From NCBI GenBank assembly GCA_963739305.1, contig CAVTZU010000019.1, positions 1-12,896 on the forward strand: 12,896 nt of DNA, in the 5' to 3' direction. This DNA is from Candidatus Bathyarchaeota archaeon (GTDB lineage: Archaea > Thermoproteota > Bathyarchaeia > Bathyarchaeales > Bathycorpusculaceae). Shown here piece by piece: positions 1 through 7,295 of the stretch (its first letter is position 1; every line of letters starts with the position of its first letter). The notes beneath the pieces are model-generated. The model saw nothing but the letters and a program-made list of their open reading frames with translations. It searched no databases and was not told the DNA's origin. The position numbers and the translations under genes were made by a program.

Positions 1-27
1 TGACGCCGAAGGCAGGAAGTCTAGATT

Positions 28-1014
28 ATGCTCGCCAAGAACGCGATAGAAGTCAACCACCTAACGAAACGCTACAACGGCACTGTGGCAGTGGACAACA
101 TAGCCTTTCAAGTCAAGGAAGGCGAAATCTTCGGCTTCCTAGGCCCAAACGGCGCTGGAAAAACCACGACACTGAGGCTGCTAACTTGTCTAACAAGACC
201 CACTTCAGGCTCTGCAACAGTCGGAGGCCACGACATCTTAACCGAATCGGTCAAAGTGCGAGAGCATATCGGCGTGGTTCCTGAAGTGTCAAACATCTAC
301 GATGAAATGACCGCTTGGGATAACCTCATTTTTGCATCTCAACTCTACGGCGTACCCAAAGATCAAAGAGAAACAAGAGCGAAGGAACTTCTGGAGCTCT
401 TTGAACTTTATGAACGCCGAAAGAGCCGTGTTGGCACCTTTTCCAGAGGCATGAAAAGACGTGTGACGATAGCAACAGCCTTGATCCATAAACCAAGTAT
501 CCTATTCTTAGACGAACCCACGACAGGGCTAGACGTACAAAGCTCGCGAACGATACGAAGTCTCATCAAAGAACTTAACAAATCCAACGTGACCGTTTTC
601 CTGACCACCCATTACATCGAAGAGGCTGACCAGCTGTGTCAACGAGTCGCCATTATCAACCGCGGTAGAATCGTCACCATTGACAGTCCTGAAAAGCTGA
701 AGGCTTCAGCAGAAAAGAATCAGATTATCGAAGTATCGTTCAATCAAGGCGAGGATTTGGAGCGCAGACTGGTAAATCTAGACTATGTAAATAGAGTCAC
801 GCTGGCGGGCGACAAGTTTAGACTTCACGTTGAGAACACGTCTAAAACCATTTCACTTTTGGTTGATTTCGCCAGAAAGAACGAATTAGAAATCGTGTCC
901 ATTAACACTTTGAAACCAAGCCTGGAAGATGTTTTTGTTGAAATGACTGGAATTGCTCCAGAAGCCATGGCCACAGAGAAAGAACAGAATAAGAAGGGCG
1001 GAAACCTTGGCTAG
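28..1014 (+). CDS. ABC transporter ATP-binding protein (DrrA/NodI-like, ABC-2 exporter)
   Basis: 328 aa; Walker A GPNGAGKTT, signature FSRGMKRR, Walker B ILFLDEPT, H-loop LTTHY, C-terminal PSLEDVF typical of DrrA-like ATPases. Confidence 0.95.
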   Translation: MLAKNAIEVNHLTKRYNGTVAVDNIAFQVKEGEIFGFLGPNGAGKTTTLRLLTCLTRPTSGSATVGGHDILTESVKVREHIGVVPEVSNIYDEMTAWDNLIFASQLYGVPKDQRETRAKELLELFELYERRKSRVGTFSRGMKRRVTIATALIHKPSILFLDEPTTGLDVQSSRTIRSLIKELNKSNVTVFLTTHYIEEADQLCQRVAIINRGRIVTIDSPEKLKASAEKNQIIEVSFNQGEDLERRLVNLDYVNRVTLAGDKFRLHVENTSKTISLLVDFARKNELEIVSINTLKPSLEDVFVEMTGIAPEAMATEKEQNKKGGNLG

Positions 1015-1750
1015 AGAATGGCTCAAAGGACTGTTCAAGGCCCTCTACATCGCTAAGAAAGACGCGAAGGTTTACTATTTCAAGGCTCCAAACTTCACGT
1101 ACGGCCTTCTAATTCCAGTTTCTCTTTTTCTCGCATTTGCAATGGCTGGACAAATGAACCCCACACTCATCGTGCCAGGATTGGTCTCCCTGATGCTTCT
1201 TTTCGGTACTACATCAATTGAGGCTGTGGCAGTCGTCCTTGAAAAGCAGACAGGCACATTTGAAAGGTTGCTCACAGCACCCATCTCTTACTTTACACTC
1301 GTGGTTGGAAAAACGTTGGCAGGCTTCTTCTTCGGATTGATACTAGCCGCTGCAACCCTATTTCCTCTGGCAGCAGTCTCAGGAACAACGGTATCGAATC
1401 CATTACTGGCCGTGATCGCTATAGCCGTCACTTCGTTGGCGTTTTCGGCGCTTGGTGTTCTCGTTTCTGCCTATGCAAGATGGGTTCCGGAAGCACAGAT
1501 GCTTTCAAACTTCTTGAGGTTTCCAATGGTATTTCTCTCAGGAACTTTCGTCTACTTGGAGACTCTGCCGTCACAGTTACAGATCGTCGCTCGCTTCCTG
1601 CCACTCACGTACTCTGTCGAGGCGTTAAGAATTTCAATCGGAGAATCAGTCATCACAAGCACCTATCTGATTGACATCGCCGTCTTGGTTGCTTTCACTC
1701 TTGCTTTGATGGTTTTAGCGGCCAAGATACTTGAAAAAAGAAGTTCATAG
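1007..1750 (+). CDS. ABC-2 type transporter permease (DrrB-like)
   Basis: About six hydrophobic segments; ABC-2 motifs EKQTGTFERLLTAP, FLSGTF, LPLTYSVEALR. Start moved from 953 to the in-frame TTG at 1007, which overlaps the end of the ATPase gene and follows purine-rich AAGGGCGG. Confidence 0.92.
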   Translation: MAREWLKGLFKALYIAKKDAKVYYFKAPNFTYGLLIPVSLFLAFAMAGQMNPTLIVPGLVSLMLLFGTTSIEAVAVVLEKQTGTFERLLTAPISYFTLVVGKTLAGFFFGLILAAATLFPLAAVSGTTVSNPLLAVIAIAVTSLAFSALGVLVSAYARWVPEAQMLSNFLRFPMVFLSGTFVYLETLPSQLQIVARFLPLTYSVEALRISIGESVITSTYLIDIAVLVAFTLALMVLAAKILEKRSS

Positions 1751-2462
1751 TCCACGAAGCTACTTCGGGTCTGTGAAGCCAACCATAGCTGGCGTAGATT
1801 TCTCTTACCTTTTTGGAAACCAGGAACTCGACGAATTTCTTCGATAGCTCTTTGTCCTTGCTGCATGTAACTACGGCGACTACCGTGCTCCTGAAGACTT
1901 GAAACTTCTTGGGTAACTCAATTACCTCGCAGGTATCTGGCCAAACTCCTTGAAACGCATTCCAGCCGAATATGGCATCAACCTTGTCTGAATGAATCAA
2001 GCTCATCAGTGAACCGCATGCGTCCGCGTGATGCGTTATGTTTCGACGAATCTTATCAGTCAACCCAGCTTTGCTCGAGACATCATCCCAAACGCCTTTC
2101 AAGCAACCCTCGACAGCTATTCCGATGCGAACACCTTCTCTGCATAGGTCTTTGAGAGAGGTGATCTTCGCTGGATTCCCTACGGCCACGATAATCACTG
2201 ACCTCCGAAATCCGAGGCTTTTCCTCGTGCCTTTCAGTGTTAATCCACGATCTTCAGAATCGTCTAACATGTATTCAGCGCCGCAGGATATGACGTCACC
2301 TTGCTTTGATTCTGCTATTTCAGCGAAGAGGTCGCTGGGTTTGCCCACCTTCAAATCGCAGCTCACGTCAAATTGCTTCTCAAAAAGAACGATAGCGTCG
2401 CGAAGAGGCGGAGAAACTGCTCCGGCAGAATACACCTTCAACCGCGACTTAATCGAAGGCAT
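1695..2462 (-). CDS. ModA/WtpA-like substrate-binding-fold protein, no signal peptide, Cys-rich
   Basis: LKVYSAGAV, GDVIS, VIIVAVGNPAKITSLKDL, GVRIGI, VDAIFGW and KFVEFLVS..VREIYASYGW match the molybdate-binding SBP fold. The real stop may be at 1760-1762 (see findings). Confidence 0.8.
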   Translation of the reverse strand: MPSIKSRLKVYSAGAVSPPLRDAIVLFEKQFDVSCDLKVGKPSDLFAEIAESKQGDVISCGAEYMLDDSEDRGLTLKGTRKSLGFRRSVIIVAVGNPAKITSLKDLCREGVRIGIAVEGCLKGVWDDVSSKAGLTDKIRRNITHHADACGSLMSLIHSDKVDAIFGWNAFQGVWPDTCEVIELPKKFQVFRSTVVAVVTCSKDKELSKKFVEFLVSKKVREIYASYGWLHRPEVASWTMNFFFQVSWPLKPSKQE

Positions 2463-2499
2463 CTACAAGCTCACCAAGCTTGCTTGTGCCGGAGACAAA

Positions 2500-2509
2500 T
2501 TATAACTTT
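2500..2509 (-). promoter_or_regulatory. Putative BRE/TATA promoter of the ModA-like gene
   Basis: Minus strand reads GAAAG-TTATAA about 38 bp upstream of the ATG at 2462. Confidence 0.5.
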
Positions 2510-2583
2510 CGCGCGCGCTAAGATCGAATATGCTGAAGCAAGCGTGTGGGGATCGATTTCTATCATTTCGTGGGTTTGGAGTG

Positions 2584-3418
2584 TTATTTCGGCTTGACTC
2601 CGGAAACCTTCATACTGACCACTGAATTTCCGAATTGTTTCAGCTTTGCCACTGGAATTTCTGATGTTTTGGCTATTGCTTTCGCGGTTGGATCATTGGC
2701 CATGTCTTCGATAGGGAAAGTAGTTTTCTTCGTTGACTTTGACTTTTTGAAAACCAGCATCTTTTATCATCTGTAGATATTTGTCCTTCATTTCGGCGCC
2801 TGAGAGGCATCCGATGTATGCTTGAACGTTTTTCTTTATGATTTCTGGAAGCTTTTTGAGCAGAACTATATCCGAAACCATAAGCCTTCCGTTTGGTTTC
2901 AAGACTCTGAAGGCTTCTTCAAAAACTCTTTTTTTGTCTGGTGAGAGGTTGATTACGCAGTTTGAGATGATAACGTCAACCATGCCATTTGCTACTGGCA
3001 GGTTTTCGATTTCTCCAAGCCTGAATTCGACGTTTTTGTACTTGCTTTTCCTGGCGTTTTCTCTGGCTTTGTCGATCATTTCCGGGGTCATGTCTACGCC
3101 GATTACCTTGCCACTTTGGCCCACCCTGTTGGCGGCGAGGAAACAGTCAAAACCGCCTCCTGACCCGAGGTCTAGAACAGTTTCACCTTTTTTCAGAGAC
3201 GCCAATGCAACTGGGTTGCCGCACCCCAGGCCGAGGTTTGCGCCTTCTGGTACTGAGCTGATTTCTTCTTCAGAATAGCCTATTCTCTTGCTAATCTCTT
3301 CGCTCATGCTTGGAGTATTGGAGCTGCAGGATGTTGGTGCGCCGCAACAGGATTTCTCGTTCTTGGCGACTTTCGCGTAGCCTTCTCGAACGATTTTTCT
3401 TATCTTTTCTTTTTTCAT
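2584..3418 (-). CDS. arsM: Arsenite S-adenosylmethionine methyltransferase, with an apparent 1-nt insertion near 2714-2727
   Basis: ArsM motifs SCCG, NLGLGCGNP, VLDLGSGGGFDC, GVDMTPEM, SNCVINL, IGCLSGA. The ORF track ends at 2693, but removing one base continues the protein as FPIEDMANDPTAKAIAKTSEIPVAKLKQFGNSVVSMKVSGVKPK* to TAA at 2586-2584 (277 aa), which resembles the usual ArsM C-terminus. Confidence 0.93.
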
Positions 3419-3437
3419 TTCATTACACCTTGTTTAG

Positions 3438-3728
3438 TCAAGTGCAACCGCATTTGTCGTCTTGCTCTACCCATTCTTTGACGTCTTCTTCAGTTGAACC
3501 AAATGGACATTCGTCTGAACCTGGGTCTCCGGCCAGTTTTGAGGAAAACTTGTCCATTTTGCCGAATGCGCCTTTTCTGACAACTCTGCCTATAGCTATT
3601 GCCTCGAGGATTTCTTTCTTGCTTACTCCTGCTCCCTGAGCTTGAGTGATTGCCGTTTTGAGACAAGCTTGGCAATTCGCGGTTAGAGATGCTCCAACCG
3701 CTATTAGGAGTTTGGTTTTGTCTTCCAC
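3438..3728 (-). CDS. Carboxymuconolactone decarboxylase / AhpD-like protein with CxxC
   Basis: 96 aa, GTG start; KTKLLIAVGASLTANCQACL...GAGVSKKEILEAI is the CMD/AhpD core; C-terminal CGC; 19 bp upstream of arsM on the same strand. Confidence 0.85.
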   Translation of the reverse strand: MEDKTKLLIAVGASLTANCQACLKTAITQAQGAGVSKKEILEAIAIGRVVRKGAFGKMDKFSSKLAGDPGSDECPFGSTEEDVKEWVEQDDKCGCT

Positions 3729-3750
3729 GTCTGAACGCCGTGATTTTTGA

Positions 3751-3770
3751 CTACTACTATGTAGTAGTAG
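3751..3770. promoter_or_regulatory. Palindromic operator 1 (CTACTACTA-TG-TAGTAGTAG)
   Basis: Perfect 9-bp arms with a 2-bp spacer between the divergent CMD-arsM and TrmB genes. Confidence 0.75.
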
Positions 3771-3790
3771 AAACCTATTTAAGGATTTTC
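3770..3790. promoter_or_regulatory. Overlapping divergent BRE/TATA elements
   Basis: Plus strand GAAACC-TATTTAAG; minus strand GAAAATCC-TTAAATAG; centred between the two operators. Confidence 0.6.
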
Positions 3791-3793
3791 TGC

Positions 3794-3813
3794 CTTCTAC
3801 TTATCAGAAGAAG
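3794..3813. promoter_or_regulatory. Degenerate operator 2 (CTTCTACT-TATC-AGAAGAAG)
   Basis: 13/20 identical to operator 1; both fit CTWCTACT-N4-AGWAGWAG; its end overlaps the AGGAGG RBS (3812-3817) of the TrmB gene. Confidence 0.55.
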
Positions 3814-3826
3814 GAGGACTGCAGGG

Positions 3827-4588
3827 ATGAGCATTACGGAGACGGTGGCTCGAGACCGAATGGTTTCACGTCTCAAGGAACTGGAATTGTCAACTCATGA
3901 AGCATTGGCTTACGTCACCTTGTTAAAAGGCTCCAATATGACTGCTGGCAAGTTGTGCAAGCAAACGGGCATTCCTGACTCGAAAATCTATCATGCCTTA
4001 GACGCTCTGTCTAGCAAAGGTATGCTTACGGTTCAAAAAGGCACTCCTAATGTCTACTCTCCTGTTCCGCCGAAAGAAGCTATCGCTAACTTGAAACGCC
4101 AACTGACAGAGAAACTTGACGAGAAGATGAAGGAAGCAGACGTCTTGGTCGACATGCTTACACCGATCTACGATAGCGCTGAAAAGCCAGAGGAACTAGA
4201 AATCGCCTACATCATTCGAGGGCAAAAGAACATCATCAACAGGATGAAGGCACTCGTTGAGACTGCACATCATGAGATAACGATTTTTGCGATGCATCCA
4301 GCGGTTATGGAAGGGCTCAAGGAATCATTGATGGAGGCAAAAGAGAAGAGAAATGTCAAGTTGAACATTGCCATGACGCAGGAAGTCTTGGAAGAGGCAG
4401 ACCATTCCGACCTTGGGGAAGTACGTTTGCTCTATTGCTCCGTCGGCATGATAATTTCGGACACGAAAACGCTACTGACACTGTCAGACTGGGCAGATGA
4501 GACTGCCTCGTTGACGCAGGATCAGAATCTCATTCGCGTTGCAAGAGACTACTACGACAACCCTAAGTGCTGCAAGAACGTTCGTTAG
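3827..4588 (+). CDS. TrmB-family transcriptional regulator
   Basis: wHTH LELSTHEALAYVTLL...TGIPDSKIYHALDALSSKG...YSPVPP, then a coiled coil and IRGQKNI effector-domain start. ATG 3827 lies 9 nt after AGGAGG; the 3689 start would overlap the divergent gene. Ends PKCCKNVR. Confidence 0.92.
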   Translation: MSITETVARDRMVSRLKELELSTHEALAYVTLLKGSNMTAGKLCKQTGIPDSKIYHALDALSSKGMLTVQKGTPNVYSPVPPKEAIANLKRQLTEKLDEKMKEADVLVDMLTPIYDSAEKPEELEIAYIIRGQKNIINRMKALVETAHHEITIFAMHPAVMEGLKESLMEAKEKRNVKLNIAMTQEVLEEADHSDLGEVRLLYCSVGMIISDTKTLLTLSDWADETASLTQDQNLIRVARDYYDNPKCCKNVR

Positions 4589-4651
4589 AATGCACTCTGC
4601 ACATTTTGTCGAGCACAAAATCTTAAAGTGTCTGTCTGTTCTATGCGAAGC

Positions 4652-7096
4652 ATGGAAAGTTCAGACGCGGCGTCGAACGGGCTCTCTCAAATTGAGGCTG
4701 AACAGAGGCTCAAGAAGTATGGGCTAAACCGTTTTGCTGAACCTCAGAGAATGAGTTTTCTGGCAATCGCCCGAGAAGAAATTACTGAACCTATGATCCT
4801 GCTTCTTCTGTTCGTTGGTGTGGTCTACACGGTCCTTGGGACTTTGCAGGATGCCCTCACGATCTTCGCGGTCATTTTCGTTCTTGTTTTTGTCGAAATA
4901 TGGAATGAGTACCGCGCCAAGAAGGCTATAACCGCTCTTTCTGAGCTGGCTGCTCCGAAGACAAGGGTCATGCGAGACGGTCGGATAGTGGAGGTTGAAG
5001 CTGAGAAGATCGTTCCGGGTGACACTTTGGTATTCACACAGGGAACCCGAGTTGCAGCGGACTGTAAGCTTAGCGTTTCATTCAGCATTCAGGTCGACGA
5101 ATCTGTTCTGACGGGAGAATCTCTTCCGAAGGAAAAGAAGGTTGGAGACGACGTTTTCGCGGGAACATTAACTGTATCAGGTGAAGGAGAAGGGCAAGTC
5201 TACGCTACAGGCAAGAGCACCAGGTTCGGGAAGATTTCTGCTCTCGCTCAGAAGATCAAGCCTCCAAGAACGCCTTTACAGATGGCGATGAAGTCGCTGT
5301 CAAAGACTCTTGCTTGGGTCGCGATCTTCTTCAGCATCATCATACCCATTCTTGGTTTCCTGCGTCTAGGGTCTCCTGACATCAAAATACTGATACTAAC
5401 GGGGCTAGCGCTTGCTTTTGCCGCTATTCCTGAGGAACTTCCTATCATAATTACGATGATTTTGGGAATAGGATCCTACAGGCTTTCTCAGAGAGGCTTT
5501 CTAGTAAAGAAGCTCAAAGCCACCGAAACCCTCGGCGACGCCACCGTAATCGTCACCGACAAAACGGGAACGATCACGGAGAATAAGATGCAAGTCGCCC
5601 AGCTTTATCCACAGGACGAAGAGACCCGCATCCTTCGTGCAGCCGTTGCTGCGTTGACCGAGATGTCGATGTCATCCACTGACAGAGTGATTCTGGAGAA
5701 AGCCCGCGAATTAGGAGTCAAATTGGATTCGGGCGCGATTGTTCGTCAACGCGGTTTTGAAAACAACAGACGAACGAAAGCTGTCATTCGCACGAAGGAT
5801 GATAACGTCTGGGTTTCGGTCATCGGAGCTCCTGAAGAAATCCTGAGGGAATCCAAGAGCAACACTGCTTTTAATGAAGAGCTCGCCAACGAGACCGCAA
5901 AAGGGAGAAGAGTCATCGCCGTAGCAGAAAGATCACTCCAAACCAAAGATGCTAACCTGCCTTTCGCAGAGCTAGAGTCGGGCTTCGATTTCATCGGGTT
6001 GATTTCTATCGAAGACCCGCCGCGTCAAGGCGTGGCAGAAACGATTGAAGCGATTCAACGAGCCGGAATAAGAACCATAATGGTGACCGGCGACCATCCC
6101 CTTACAGCGGCTTACATTGCAGAGAAAGTCGGCATTCCTTCGAAAAAAGTGATGACAGGAGAGGAATTGGACACGCTTTCTGATGGGCAACTGCAGGAAA
6201 CCGTAAAAGAGGTCTCGGTTTTTGCAAGGACTACTCCTGAGCACAAGTACCGACTCGTAAACGCGTTGCATGCTAACAATGAAGTTGTCGCGGTCACTGG
6301 CGACGGTGTCAATGATGTTCTGGCCCTCAAGGCAGCGGATGTTGGGATCGCGATGGGAGTGAAAGGCACAGACGCCGCAAGGGAAGCAGCAGACGTTGTG
6401 CTGACTGATGACAATTTCATCAGCATAGGGCAAGCAGTCTTCGACGGCCGCAGGTTTTTCGACAACCTCAGAAAAGGCCTGAAGTACTATTTGTCCGTCA
6501 AAGTGGCGCTGATATCGATTTTCCTGTTGCCAATTGCGCTGGGCGTGCCCCTGCCTTTTGCTCCGATACAGATAATCGTCTTGGAACTTTTCATGGATCT
6601 TGCCGCCTCAGCAGGGTTTGTCTCTGAGCCAGCCGAAGAAACCATTTATAGTCGAACGCCACGGAACCCTAAAGCGAAGTTTCCTGATCAACGAATGATA
6701 ATTGAAATCGCGGTTTCTGGTGCGAGCCTCTTTGCCGCGGTGATGCTTTCCTACTTCTACGCGACTTGGCAGAATCTCTCGGTTACCGAGACTCAGACTT
6801 TCGCTTTTTCTGCTTGGATGATGGGCCACATAGTCCTTGCCTTCGTTTCACGCTCAGAAAACGAGCCCCTCTATGCTTTGGGCGCTTTGTCTAACAAAGT
6901 AATGGATCTGTGGGCAATTCTAGCTTTCTCCTTCCTCCTCGTAGCGGTCAACGTGCCTTCGGTGGGTTTTCAGCTCAGACTGTCGACGCTCTCGTTTCCC
7001 CAGATTGGCTTGATCCTAGGTTTTGCTCTTCTGACCATCGCTTGGCGCGAGGTCGCGAAACTCTTCTTGTTCAGAAGGAATTCGAAATTCGCATAA
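4652..7096 (+). CDS. Cation-translocating P-type ATPase (type II-like, substrate unknown)
   Basis: GLSQIEAEQRLKKYGLN, TGES, IPEELP, DKTGTIT, TGDH, FARTTPEHK, TGDGVND. Start uncertain (4628/4643/4652); 4652 lies about 25 nt after the TATA-like TCTTAAAG at 4621-4628. Confidence 0.95.
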   Translation: MESSDAASNGLSQIEAEQRLKKYGLNRFAEPQRMSFLAIAREEITEPMILLLLFVGVVYTVLGTLQDALTIFAVIFVLVFVEIWNEYRAKKAITALSELAAPKTRVMRDGRIVEVEAEKIVPGDTLVFTQGTRVAADCKLSVSFSIQVDESVLTGESLPKEKKVGDDVFAGTLTVSGEGEGQVYATGKSTRFGKISALAQKIKPPRTPLQMAMKSLSKTLAWVAIFFSIIIPILGFLRLGSPDIKILILTGLALAFAAIPEELPIIITMILGIGSYRLSQRGFLVKKLKATETLGDATVIVTDKTGTITENKMQVAQLYPQDEETRILRAAVAALTEMSMSSTDRVILEKARELGVKLDSGAIVRQRGFENNRRTKAVIRTKDDNVWVSVIGAPEEILRESKSNTAFNEELANETAKGRRVIAVAERSLQTKDANLPFAELESGFDFIGLISIEDPPRQGVAETIEAIQRAGIRTIMVTGDHPLTAAYIAEKVGIPSKKVMTGEELDTLSDGQLQETVKEVSVFARTTPEHKYRLVNALHANNEVVAVTGDGVNDVLALKAADVGIAMGVKGTDAAREAADVVLTDDNFISIGQAVFDGRRFFDNLRKGLKYYLSVKVALISIFLLPIALGVPLPFAPIQIIVLELFMDLAASAGFVSEPAEETIYSRTPRNPKAKFPDQRMIIEIAVSGASLFAAVMLSYFYATWQNLSVTETQTFAFSAWMMGHIVLAFVSRSENEPLYALGALSNKVMDLWAILAFSFLLVAVNVPSVGFQLRLSTLSFPQIGLILGFALLTIAWREVAKLFLFRRNSKFA

Positions 7097-7207
7097 ACAC
7101 CCCAGGTTCCTTACGAGAAAAAGGCAGTACAATCATTTTATGACGATATCCATTCTACAAAATCCCCCTTTGCGAGACTTGTAAAGAGTTGCCATCGAAT
7201 CGACAAA

Positions 7208-7224
7208 GCGCGTGCGATTTCATA
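7208..7224. repeat. Left copy of an imperfect inverted repeat flanking the pAgo cassette
   Basis: GCGCGTGCGATTTCATA; its reverse complement TATGAAATCGCACGCGC matches 10510-10527 at 16/17 positions plus a 1-nt indel. Confidence 0.5.
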
Positions 7225-7295
7225 GTGCATGCAGCGACTTTGAAAGAATTGGTCAACTTACGCAGCCGGGTGCTAGAAGAAAAGTCCTTTTTCGT

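Noticed and set aside
2418-2426. TGCTCCGGC match to the tRNA 3' end as a possible att site
   Set aside because: Only 9 bp and inside a coding region.
3689-3826. 46-aa N-terminal extension of the TrmB ORF (contains YYYVVV)
   Set aside because: Overlaps the divergent gene and is just the translated operator palindrome; ATG 3827 has a strong RBS.
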